From: a virus | Length of the DNA stretch: 64,000 nucleotides | IMG/VR virus record: IMGVR_UViG_3300028920_000694 | Coordinates: 40,201-104,200 of that record | Strand: one strand, 5' to 3' | Part shown: one piece after another, positions 29,988 through 38,418 of the stretch | How positions within the stretch are numbered: the first letter of the stretch is position 1 | How the letters are laid out: each line of letters starts with the position of its first letter | Notes under the pieces: generated by a model | Told to the model about the DNA's origin: nothing | Seen by the model: the letters and a program-made list of their open reading frames with translations, nothing else | The model's database searches: none | Program-made: the position numbers and the translations under genes

Positions 29988-30307
29988 ACTTTTAACTCAC
30001 TTATTAAACATTCCTTGTGATGACCCTCTGCATCAACAATCACTTCTCTGATTATATATCTATCTCCATTAAATGTCAATTGCTCTCCCTCTCTTATTGC
30101 AGCAGATGATTGGAAGTATCCAAAGTATCTTATATCATCATGTCTTCCAAACTGTTCTAGGGTTTCATACTCTGAAACTGCAGTCATTCTACAAGATGTA
30201 TCTGAAGCAGCTGATGAATAGGTATATGTCCAATCACCCCATTCATTCTGAGATGAATAGGATGTAAGTAAATTACATTTCTGTTTGAGTAAATCATTAT
30301 AACTCAT
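29984..30307 (-). CDS. Head closure (head-tail joining, SPP1 gp16-like) protein
   Basis: QNEWGDW...EQLTFNGDRYIIREV....GHHKECLI; gene position. Confidence 0.75.
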   Translation of the reverse strand: MSYNDLLKQKCNLLTSYSSQNEWGDWTYTYSSAASDTSCRMTAVSEYETLEQFGRHDDIRYFGYFQSSAAIREGEQLTFNGDRYIIREVIVDAEGHHKECLISELKV

Positions 30308-30576
30308 TTTCTTCTTCCTTTACAATTCCTTAGATTTAAGAGAGGTCCCTTATACTTTCCTGAGTGAATAAACTCATGACACTCTTTACATACTGGAACC
30401 ATATTCCTTGGATGATGATTTCCACCACATCCAACTGGAATTATATGATGCAGATGTAGATTCCCTTTAGAGAACTTCCCACATCTCTGACATATATATC
30501 CCATACCTTTGAATATGGCATGTCTTTGTTTATTCCATCCAACTGGATATCTGACATCTGGTCTGATATATGTTAT
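30304..30576 (-). CDS. HNH endonuclease (ATA start inferred upstream of the tracked ATG)
   Basis: CQRCG...LHLHHIIPVGCGGNHHPRNMVPVCKECHEFIH. The in-frame upstream segment YPVGWNKQRHAIFK is a typical HNH N-terminus; an AGGTGA SD precedes the ATA at 30576. Confidence 0.85.
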   Translation of the reverse strand: MTYIRPDVRYPVGWNKQRHAIFKGMGYICQRCGKFSKGNLHLHHIIPVGCGGNHHPRNMVPVCKECHEFIHSGKYKGPLLNLRNCKGRRK

Positions 30577-30584
30577 AGAATCAC

Positions 30585-30968
30585 CTATAGATTAGATATG
30601 TATATCTTTAATTTATCATCCTTTACATAAGACCTAGCATTGAGAATTCTATGTGCCATATCTTCTAGTGTAACACTGATTCTGTTTGGAGAACCTGTGA
30701 TATCTAACTCATAAGAGTAATTTCTCACGGTTTCTCTTCTTAATGTGTAATGACTAGATGCAATTGAAGGTAGATTAATAATCCTAGAAACAACTAATAG
30801 GAGTGCAGGATATTTTGCATCTGATGCTGATGTAAGTTCATATACTTTCTTAATATAATCCTCTACATAAGCTATATGAGTTGCCATTGCAGTAGTTCCT
30901 AATGTTGCAGTAGGCAGACTTGGTTCAAACCATTCTCTGATTTCAGTATCTGAAATAAAATCACCCAT
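30585..30968 (-). CDS. Head-tail adaptor (SPP1 gp15-like)
   Basis: Helical N-terminus, RETVRNYSYEL motif; gene position after the capsid. Confidence 0.65.
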   Translation of the reverse strand: MGDFISDTEIREWFEPSLPTATLGTTAMATHIAYVEDYIKKVYELTSASDAKYPALLLVVSRIINLPSIASSHYTLRRETVRNYSYELDITGSPNRISVTLEDMAHRILNARSYVKDDKLKIYISNL

Positions 30969-30973
30969 ACATA

Positions 30974-31222
30974 TCACCCTATTTCTGGTAAATCTCTAAT
31001 ATCTACAGTTTTCTTTGACCTAATAGAAACATCAACAGGATAAGGATTCTGCTTTCTTTCAAATGAATCAGGATTAGTTAAACCACCACCCTTATTTCCA
31101 GATATACCATACCAATCATGCATATCAGAATCTATATTATCTTCATCAAGAAGTCCTCGTCTACGTTTCTTCTCAAATTTCTTACTGAGAAAACGTAAGT
31201 CACCTTTTCCTGTTTGTGTCAT
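30974..31222 (-). CDS. Hypothetical protein
   Basis: ORF with an SD, tightly packed in the late operon. Confidence 0.5.
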   Translation of the reverse strand: MTQTGKGDLRFLSKKFEKKRRRGLLDEDNIDSDMHDWYGISGNKGGGLTNPDSFERKQNPYPVDVSIRSKKTVDIRDLPEIG

Positions 31223-31232
31223 CTAATCAGTC

Positions 31233-31484
31233 CTATGCTTTTTTAGCATAGAATGGTATATACATACTAGCTCCACTAGCACCATATGTACTACCAGATA
31301 CAATTCTGATTCTTAGATATCCAACTGCTGGATTTGTACTAGAGACTCCAGATGGGAATATAGTTAGAAAAGATGATGTATCATATAGCAGATTATCATC
31401 ATCACTATAGAATGTTAATCCTCTGCCATCCTTTGATACACTTAATCTTTCTACTGTCTGTACTTCTATATTAGACCCTGGCAT
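31233..31484 (-). CDS. Small virion protein (head fibre/decoration-like)
   Basis: C-terminus GYLRIRIVSGS...MYIPFY is paralogous to 31497..31958. Confidence 0.45.
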   Translation of the reverse strand: MPGSNIEVQTVERLSVSKDGRGLTFYSDDDNLLYDTSSFLTIFPSGVSSTNPAVGYLRIRIVSGSTYGASGASMYIPFYAKKA

Positions 31485-31496
31485 ATTTCATCCTCC

Positions 31497-31958
31497 TTAC
31501 GTTGCCCATGTAGTGCTGCTAAATAATGGAGCATACATTGTATGCCATGTACCAGCTGAACCACTAGGTCCGACTTTCACTCTTAACCAACCACAGACTG
31601 CACCACTAGTTAAATGTGTTTTCCACATTGTTGCACTAGAATTAAAGAATTGTCCAGATGCAATCACACCATCATTTGGAAATCTCATGGATTCTGAACC
31701 AGGTGAGAACTGTAAATAATTATTGTCTGCTAATACTGTATTGCCACTATGATATGTATTACCAGAAAGAATAATTGCAGTGCTACCTTGTAGTTTGCAT
31801 GTAGGAGCAGTTACCTTAACTGTAGTATCTCCAGCAACATCTAATTGTCCATCTGCAGATGAAGATATAAGAACATCTCTATCTCTGAATGATACACTAC
31901 CACTCTTTATGTTTAATTCATCCCTGACATTTAAATAATTATATTTAGGACCAGGCAT
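31497..31958 (-). CDS. Small virion protein (head fibre/decoration-like)
   Basis: Ser/Gly-rich beta protein; C-terminus GWLRVKVGPSGS...MYAPLF. Confidence 0.45.
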   Translation of the reverse strand: MPGPKYNYLNVRDELNIKSGSVSFRDRDVLISSSADGQLDVAGDTTVKVTAPTCKLQGSTAIILSGNTYHSGNTVLADNNYLQFSPGSESMRFPNDGVIASGQFFNSSATMWKTHLTSGAVCGWLRVKVGPSGSAGTWHTMYAPLFSSTTWAT

Positions 31959-32004
31959 TTTCTTTCCTTTTATATAACATGACTAAATACTTAATGAACA
32001 TAAA

Positions 32005-32056
32005 TTCTTATTGCGAGGCTGCGAACCTCGACCCTATATAAGAGTCGCAATAAGAA
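32005..32056 (-). ncRNA. Three-way-junction RNA structure in the 3' UTR of the major capsid gene
   Basis: Minus strand reads UUCUUAUUGC [GACUC-uuauaua-GGGUC] [GAGGU-ucgca-GCCUC] GCAAUAAGAA. Both inner stems need a G.U pair, which forms only on the minus (sense) strand. Confidence 0.6.
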
Positions 32057-32094
32057 CATCTACATCAATTACCTATATACCGTGCTAATTATCA

Positions 32095-33195
32095 TCATTT
32101 GTGGTATATTTTACAGCCTGCAGATTCGTTAATGACACGAACACCGTATCTCATGAGTAGAGATATTCCTACTAGGTCATGAATTGGGTCATCATAGTTT
32201 GTGACTTTCAAATCATGTCTCATTCGTATCATGGCTAATGGTGCAGTGTTTGAGAATATGAGTCCAGTTACGTTAGTTCCAGCTGTAGTGTCTCCCCATA
32301 TTGCACTAGATGCTAAATCAGTTGCAGTACAAGTATATGGAGTTAATCCCATAAGTTTTGGAACTGTTCCACTTGTCAATGGTCCAGCTGTTCCCATGTA
32401 TGCAGCATATGCAATGTTTGAATCTTGTAGTAAGTATCCCTCTGCTGTTGGATGAGTGACTAATTTATCTACTCCACCCCAGTTCTGCTTGATGACCTTT
32501 GACCTAGCGAGTGCTAAATCAGATACTGCAATATGTGTTCCCTCTGGATTCAATGTATTTGTAGATATAGCTCTGGATGAATTTAGAATCTCATTTAAGC
32601 ATACCCTATTCAACTTGTTCTCCATAGCCATTCCTGCTTTCCTTAACTCAATATCAACAATATCGAATTGGCAATCATCTATTAACTCATTCGTAATTAT
32701 TGGTCGAATACCATACTTGGTGATTGGGATATCAACTTTTGAGTATTCTTGTGTATCAACTGTGATTGCACCAGCTTCTGCAACTTCGTATGCATAGTAT
32801 CCAGATTCTCCCTTGACTACTCTAGTAGAGTATGATTCTGCAGTTGTGATTGGTAGAACTTCTCTGAAACACTTGTATGGTTCTGCTCCATCAATGATAG
32901 TGTTGTAAACCTCTTCTTGAACAAGTGTAGATTCTGCAACAGCTTCTTCCTCTGATTGTAATAGAGCCTTGTAAGCATCCATTCTCTCATAGGGAGTGTT
33001 TAAGCCAAATGACTTATAGTTGAATGGAAATCTAACTGACTTGCCTTCGAGAGCTTTCTTGAACCATTCTTTGCCTAGCATAGACTTTCTCTCACCATTT
33101 GTTGCATTTGCATACATCAGAACCTTTGGTAGTGTCTTTGTGCTATTCCTTATGATGCTGTCCTTATTTATTTGCCTTTTACTTTGACTAACCAT
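32095..33195 (-). CDS. Major capsid protein, HK97 fold
   Basis: FREVLP...YEVAEAGAI...VDIPITKYGIRPIITNELIDDCQFDIVDIELRKAG.AM..KLN..CL. Start placed at the ATG after an AGGTGA SD. Confidence 0.95.
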   Translation of the reverse strand: MVSQSKRQINKDSIIRNSTKTLPKVLMYANATNGERKSMLGKEWFKKALEGKSVRFPFNYKSFGLNTPYERMDAYKALLQSEEEAVAESTLVQEEVYNTIIDGAEPYKCFREVLPITTAESYSTRVVKGESGYYAYEVAEAGAITVDTQEYSKVDIPITKYGIRPIITNELIDDCQFDIVDIELRKAGMAMENKLNRVCLNEILNSSRAISTNTLNPEGTHIAVSDLALARSKVIKQNWGGVDKLVTHPTAEGYLLQDSNIAYAAYMGTAGPLTSGTVPKLMGLTPYTCTATDLASSAIWGDTTAGTNVTGLIFSNTAPLAMIRMRHDLKVTNYDDPIHDLVGISLLMRYGVRVINESAGCKIYHK

Positions 33196-33251
33196 AAATT
33201 TCACCTAAATTATTGAATAAACATAATAAACATACAAACATTAAAAAATAA

Positions 33252-33656
33252 TTAGTGTAACAATACTCTTGCAGTTCCATCAGCAGTAGCTTGGTCTTCT
33301 AATGCAATTGCAGATATACCTGATGGTTGAGAACCTATATTAGCCTTGTGAGCAAACTTTCCTTCATTGACACAAAGCAAATGTTCACCAAAGCTACAGT
33401 TGTTTGAACCAGATATAATGACTCTAACTATTGCACCAGGGCCATAGACACCAATCCAGTCTCCATCAGTTTGTTTATATTCAGCAACTCCTACACAACC
33501 AGAAGCCATGTGATTTTGATAAGAGCCTGGAGCCTTGACTTGCATATCCCCACAGCATATAACTCCTTGTCCCCTATAGATGGTTCCAGAGCATTCATAA
33601 CTGAGTGGTAAAGTACCTTGTAAGCCTATCTCACTTGTTGGTCCAGTAAATGACAT
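33252..33656 (-). CDS. Capsid decoration/cement protein
   Basis: Between protease/scaffold and MCP; CSGTIYRGQGV...CVGVAEY...IGVYGPG...AIALEDQAT.GTARVLL beta-tulip-like pattern. Confidence 0.7.
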   Translation of the reverse strand: MSFTGPTSEIGLQGTLPLSYECSGTIYRGQGVICCGDMQVKAPGSYQNHMASGCVGVAEYKQTDGDWIGVYGPGAIVRVIISGSNNCSFGEHLLCVNEGKFAHKANIGSQPSGISAIALEDQATADGTARVLLH

Positions 33657-33704
33657 TCATTCACCTTTTATTTATAACAGATTTACAGTCACATCAGAAA
33701 GACA

Positions 33705-34928
33705 TCAATAACGTAAATATACTTCACCATGGTCACTAACAAATGGATCATCAAGAACTAAATCAACAGATTCATCATCCTCTTCCTCTTTAAGAGTTTT
33801 GGATTCCTTCTCTTCTTTTTCTGATTTAGTCAGAACCTCGATTTTCTTGTTTAGTGCATCTATCTGGTCATCCCTAGCCTTAATTGCAAGTTTAAGTTCC
33901 TCTATGTCATCTCCCTCACTCTTTTCAGTGAACAATCCATTTAGTTTCTCAACTGCAACATTTAGATGTTCAGAAATATCATTAACTGATTTCCTTAGCT
34001 CATCTAATTCACTAGTCTCCTCTTTAACCTCTTCTGATTTCTCTTCTTCTTTTGATTCCTCTTCAGTCTTTTCTTCTGTTTCTTCTTTAGGTTCTTCAGA
34101 TACTTCATCATCTGATTTCTCTTCTTCCTGAGGAGATAATTTAGTTAATGCAGCTTCCATATTTAGGATTGCCCTCTCTAATTTCTCGATTCTGTCCTCT
34201 ACTGAAAGTTCTACTTCCTCTGATTTCTCTTGCTCTTCAACAGCCTCAGAAGATTCTTCTTTAACTTCTTCCTCTTCCTTAGCTTCTGCTTTGACCTTTT
34301 TCTTTGACATTCTATCTTTATTTATACCACATTCATCACATACATTCTCATAAGATTTAAAGTCTAAATTCCCTTCATCATATTTAGATTTAGAGATGAC
34401 AACAAATCCAGACATTTCATTCGCTGGAAAGTTAGTTAGTGAAACCTCAAATATATTTATCTTATCTAGAACTTCTATGCAGTTCTTTCCATCAGCATCA
34501 CATCTATCATGTGAATCAAGAACCTCACATCCAATAGAGAATCCATTTATTTCACCATCAATTATCTGTTGCCAGATATCATTAGAAATCTCTGTATCAC
34601 TTCTTATCTTAGCAACAATAAAGAGCCCCTTATCATCTACATGAGTCTTTAGTTCTCCATATTCAGGTAGTATCTTTCCTATCTGGATATTCTTGTGAAA
34701 CAACATTAGATTAGCATATGATAAATCACTCATTAGAGTCTCTATTCCAGCCTTTAGAGATTCTGTTGGAATTAATTGATTCTGGCTATCAACCACAGCT
34801 AAATTAGCATATCCAGCAATTATCCTATCTCCTTTCTCTTTGCTAACTATCTTAGCCATTCCCATCAGATTCACTGGAATTCTAATTGGATGGATTTCTT
34901 CTTTCATAGTTAATTCTTTTATATTCAT
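33705..34928 (-). CDS. Prohead protease (HK97 family) fused to an acidic scaffold
   Basis: IIAGYANLAVVDSQNQLI, catalytic His (MLFHK), catalytic Ser (GEINGFSIG), EVSLTNFPAN, and an E/K-rich coiled-coil C-terminus. Confidence 0.92.
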   Translation of the reverse strand: MNIKELTMKEEIHPIRIPVNLMGMAKIVSKEKGDRIIAGYANLAVVDSQNQLIPTESLKAGIETLMSDLSYANLMLFHKNIQIGKILPEYGELKTHVDDKGLFIVAKIRSDTEISNDIWQQIIDGEINGFSIGCEVLDSHDRCDADGKNCIEVLDKINIFEVSLTNFPANEMSGFVVISKSKYDEGNLDFKSYENVCDECGINKDRMSKKKVKAEAKEEEEVKEESSEAVEEQEKSEEVELSVEDRIEKLERAILNMEAALTKLSPQEEEKSDDEVSEEPKEETEEKTEEESKEEEKSEEVKEETSELDELRKSVNDISEHLNVAVEKLNGLFTEKSEGDDIEELKLAIKARDDQIDALNKKIEVLTKSEKEEKESKTLKEEEDDESVDLVLDDPFVSDHGEVYLRY

Positions 34929-35149
34929 AACAAGCTAGTAATTATAACAGAAGCAATTAAGCCACATATTAATCCAATAGAACCACCTAAACCAGCAGCC
35001 TTAATCTGCACACCAACCATTCTCTTCTTGATGTCTTTGACATCAGTCTTGATTTCATCTATATCTTTATTGAGGTCTTCTAGTGCTTTAAGAGTTTCTC
35101 CTCTCCATTGAGCTATCTTCATATCCCACTCAGTATAATTATTTGTCAT
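34925..35149 (-). CDS. Coiled-coil plus C-terminal TM protein (XhlA/holin-like)
   Basis: WRGETLKALEDL...IKTDVKDIKKR coiled coil, then hydrophobic AAGLGGSIGLICGLIASVII. Confidence 0.55.
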   Translation of the reverse strand: MTNNYTEWDMKIAQWRGETLKALEDLNKDIDEIKTDVKDIKKRMVGVQIKAAGLGGSIGLICGLIASVIITSLL

Positions 35150-35570
35150 TGTTCTTCACTCTCTTTATTGGATTTAGAATTTCAATCACTCCAGAAACAC
35201 CATCATATATCAGTGGAATATCAGTCACCATATATTTAATTCCTGATACTGGAGAAATCCATTCTGTATTCTCTATTTGTTTAGACTTTAATGCTCTCTT
35301 TGCTGGGCAACCCTTACATGGAGAATTAATCCCCATAACTGCCTCATAACAATGCACATATAAAGAAGTATCTATTCCATACTTCTCACCCATAGCAATT
35401 GCAAGTGGATTTAGATATATAGTTTTAAAATCATTAGATATTATAACTACAGGTGATTTGACTGAATCTAGAATCAATTTGATGAATTTGAATGAAGGAC
35501 CTTCCTCATGATATTCTATCTCTTCAGCAAGTTCCTTGGTTAATCTTTTAAGTCCATCTAAATTAGCCAT
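35139..35570 (-). CDS. Stand-alone PAS-domain protein with a Cys motif
   Basis: ILDSVKSPVVIISNDFKTIYLN (PAS start), CYEAVMGINSPCKGCP, and a terminal GVIEILNPI strand. Confidence 0.8.
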   Translation of the reverse strand: MANLDGLKRLTKELAEEIEYHEEGPSFKFIKLILDSVKSPVVIISNDFKTIYLNPLAIAMGEKYGIDTSLYVHCYEAVMGINSPCKGCPAKRALKSKQIENTEWISPVSGIKYMVTDIPLIYDGVSGVIEILNPIKRVKNNDK

Positions 35571-35624
35571 GGTTCTTGTACCATCCTAGTCTCTTTAAAT
35601 TCTCAAATCCCATACATCAGTACC

Positions 35625-35825
35625 TTAACTAGTCCATTCTCTTCTAAATGGAACCCAATCTCCATCAGCATTAGTTCCTGACCAGATATACATACAAACT
35701 GCTAATGCATTTCCGTATGTAATCCCACTCGGCTTGAATCCAGTGAAATCAATTATTCCAGCTGAACTTGATATACTTGTTGATGCTATATTACTAGATT
35801 CTCTATATGAACCTATGATAGTCAT
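35625..35825 (-). CDS. Hypothetical protein
   Basis: ORF with an SD, in the late operon. Confidence 0.5.
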   Translation of the reverse strand: MTIIGSYRESSNIASTSISSSAGIIDFTGFKPSGITYGNALAVCMYIWSGTNADGDWVPFRREWTS

Positions 35826-35836
35826 CTCACTCTCTC

Positions 35837-36466
35837 TTATCTATCAACATCATCACCCCAAACTAGAGCCATATATGAATATTCACCATCTTCTTGTTTA
35901 GGCTCAATCCAGAATGATTCTTTACTCACATACATATCTTTTAGTTTAACTACATCATCTATTGGAATGTCCCACTTTAGATTAGCAACTAGTTCTTCTC
36001 TCTTAGTGTAGAATCTAATAACTCCATCTATTCTATAGTCAATTAATTCTTCAAATGGATTGAAGTCTTTGTCCTTGAGTTCTTCATACTTTTCTTTTTC
36101 TATCTCACAGAATCTTAATTGAACTAATGCAATGTCTCTGGCTTTCATCATGGTGAATTTCTCAATGCATTCTTTGCTTGCCATTTTAATGTCATCCTTA
36201 GTAACTAATTCATAAGTTCCATCTCCCATTTCAAGTAAGTAATCATATTTGTGAACATAATTAGAGAGTATTTCATTTTCCCTTTGAAGTAATTTATTAA
36301 ACTTCTCCTCAACTTGAGATATCTGTGACTCGTATTCTTTGATGGTGGTATCTAATTCATCTAATTTCTTTATTCTTTCTTCATATATAGCATTTTTCTC
36401 TTCTAGTTCCTTCTTTCTCTGAGATAACCTCTTATTCAGCTCTTTCAATGCCAAATCCTTAATCAT
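35837..36466 (-). CDS. Coiled-coil hypothetical protein
   Basis: Long heptad-rich N-terminus. Confidence 0.55.
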   Translation of the reverse strand: MIKDLALKELNKRLSQRKKELEEKNAIYEERIKKLDELDTTIKEYESQISQVEEKFNKLLQRENEILSNYVHKYDYLLEMGDGTYELVTKDDIKMASKECIEKFTMMKARDIALVQLRFCEIEKEKYEELKDKDFNPFEELIDYRIDGVIRFYTKREELVANLKWDIPIDDVVKLKDMYVSKESFWIEPKQEDGEYSYMALVWGDDVDR

Positions 36467-37103
36467 TAATTTCCTCTATAATTTCATCATCTAACATACT
36501 AAACATAGATTTTGCAAGCTCCTTAATGTCATCATTCATTTTCTTTAAATCATCAGATGTCAACTTTTCCAGATGATTCTTACTTTCACCTATAGCATGT
36601 ATGGTATCATCTATCTTATCTAATATCTCCTTAGAATCCTCTTTAGATGATAGTTTTATCTTCATGCCTTCCAAGAAGAGTAATAATTCATTAATACTTT
36701 CAGCCATATCCTTTAACATCTTTCTAGTTTCTTTAGTATCTTTAAGAATCCTATCTCGTTGCTTATGAGTCCATGGAGACTTATTTCCAAAGGCCATTAC
36801 TTTAGTTCCTCCACCACCTCCACCTAATGATACTTGGTCTACTTCATTAGTAGCAAACATGTATCTTTCACTAGTAGGTTGTGTAGCACCTCCATCTGCT
36901 CTGAAGCAATAGTTATTAGCTGGTGTATATGTTGAGAATGTATATTTGTAATATCCACCTGCAATCTCCGTCATAGTCTGTGAAGTAATTACTTGGCTCC
37001 CATCTGTCTCCCATCCATCAAGAATTGGAGATAATCCTGTAGCAGCAACACCACCAGAAGTAAAGTAAGCTACTATCTCATTTCCATATGCCATTTTAAT
37101 CAA
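36459..37103 (-). CDS. Hypothetical virion protein (beta-rich N-terminal domain plus coiled coil)
   Basis: FTSGGVAATGLSP...MTEIAGGYYKYTF...ADGG, followed by a helical C-terminus. Confidence 0.5.
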   Translation of the reverse strand: MIKMAYGNEIVAYFTSGGVAATGLSPILDGWETDGSQVITSQTMTEIAGGYYKYTFSTYTPANNYCFRADGGATQPTSERYMFATNEVDQVSLGGGGGGTKVMAFGNKSPWTHKQRDRILKDTKETRKMLKDMAESINELLLFLEGMKIKLSSKEDSKEILDKIDDTIHAIGESKNHLEKLTSDDLKKMNDDIKELAKSMFSMLDDEIIEEIND

Positions 37104-37398
37104 TAACCTTGATTATCTTACCAACCTTTCCATCATAAATAACTATGTCATCAACTTCATATTTCTCTTTTGACCTAATTGTTGCATCAGGAACAAAGTC
37201 TTGTTGTCCACTCACTGTCTGATAATCTTCAGCCTTATTTCCTTTCTTTTTCCACTGTGAATAACACACAGCACTTCTCTGTTTCATATCTGGAAATTCT
37301 TTCTTCATCGTTGCATTTCCCATGCAGGAACTGATGAATTTACTTTGAGATTGTCCAGCCCTTGGTGTTGGAAGTGGTTTTTCTACTATATCAACCAT
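37096..37398 (-). CDS. Small head-associated protein
   Basis: PTPRAGQSQSKFISSCM...KEFPD.KQRSAVCYSQW, a small domain often seen in phage head-morphogenesis genes. Confidence 0.55.
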   Translation of the reverse strand: MVDIVEKPLPTPRAGQSQSKFISSCMGNATMKKEFPDMKQRSAVCYSQWKKKGNKAEDYQTVSGQQDFVPDATIRSKEKYEVDDIVIYDGKVGKIIKVID

Positions 37399-37425
37399 AA
37401 TAATTTCTATATATCATATACATAT

Positions 37426-37734
37426 CTACATCTTATGAAAATGAGCATGGTCTCGTATTTTACGCATATGAGTCCTTAATCTCATCCCCTTACCAAACAG
37501 TTGTCTACATTCCCGAAGAATCTTACCCCAGAGTTCCTTAGGAATTTCAGTTACATGATTCTTGACCACCACCATAGGAACTTTACATGTCTTGCAGTCC
37601 AGAATCACAAATTCAGATTCAGATACCTTATCTGTGCTTTCAGGATAGTATAGTTTGGTCTTTATATTCTCTTCAGGATGAAGGAATATCTCACAAAGTG
37701 GACATCCAGACACTAGCAAAATCTTATCAGTCAT
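37426..37734 (-). CDS. HIT-like protein with a zinc site
   Basis: CPLC ... CKTC and a C-terminal histidine triad HAHFH. Confidence 0.6.
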   Translation of the reverse strand: MTDKILLVSGCPLCEIFLHPEENIKTKLYYPESTDKVSESEFVILDCKTCKVPMVVVKNHVTEIPKELWGKILRECRQLFGKGMRLRTHMRKIRDHAHFHKM

Positions 37735-37888
37735 CAGAGTTCTTTTCCAGATACCTTATAGACTTTCCTTTTTCATTCTTTATCTGAAGGTTATTCTTAA
37801 GTGCATTTGCAGAATTCCACTTGCAGTTTCCACATCCATTTGGATGATTGTTGCATACATGTATAAATGAACAAATTATTTCACTCAT
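37727..37888 (-). CDS. Small Cys-rich protein (53 aa; below the ORF-track cutoff)
   Basis: MSEIICSFIHVCNNHPNGCGNCKWN...; overlaps both neighbouring genes. Confidence 0.45.
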   Translation of the reverse strand: MSEIICSFIHVCNNHPNGCGNCKWNSANALKNNLQIKNEKGKSIRYLEKNSDD

Positions 37889-38412
37889 TTCTTAATTCGT
37901 GCTAAATCATCTGCAGGATAGGTAACAAGTGCCAGTCCAACTAATTCTATATCCTTAGCACACAGTTTCTGGTCTTCCCATTCATCCATAGTAAGAATCT
38001 CTACACTTAATCCACTAACAAAGTCTGCATCTATCATTGCAATAGCATCTTTTGATGCAGATGTTAGTCTATGTAGATATAAATCTCCTTTCAATGAATC
38101 TTTTGAGAAGTATAGATTATGAACATATCCAATTCTATTTAGAACCTTACTTGGTTCATGATCTAAATTCAGATATATTCTATCATGGTCTAAATCAAAG
38201 TATTTGCTCTTTTCCATCGCTGTATTTGCAGCCTTAGCTAATTCTTGTGGACTATAGTAAATCTCTGTTCTAGATATAGAATCAGCATATCCACCAACAT
38301 GAAGTAATTCACATTCTGAATATCTTCTTGCATCTCCACTCTTAGCAAATATCTTTTTGTTATACTTGAATGGAACCATCAATCTTCTTAATTTCTTTTC
38401 TTCTGTCATCAT
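37885..38412 (-). CDS. Second prohead protease (assemblin-like fold)
   Basis: YYSPQELAKA, His in NLDHE, IGYV, Ser in SGLSVEI, and GLALVTYPA; directly after the portal. Confidence 0.8.
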   Translation of the reverse strand: MMTEEKKLRRLMVPFKYNKKIFAKSGDARRYSECELLHVGGYADSISRTEIYYSPQELAKAANTAMEKSKYFDLDHDRIYLNLDHEPSKVLNRIGYVHNLYFSKDSLKGDLYLHRLTSASKDAIAMIDADFVSGLSVEILTMDEWEDQKLCAKDIELVGLALVTYPADDLARIKK

Positions 38413-38418
38413 ATCTCC

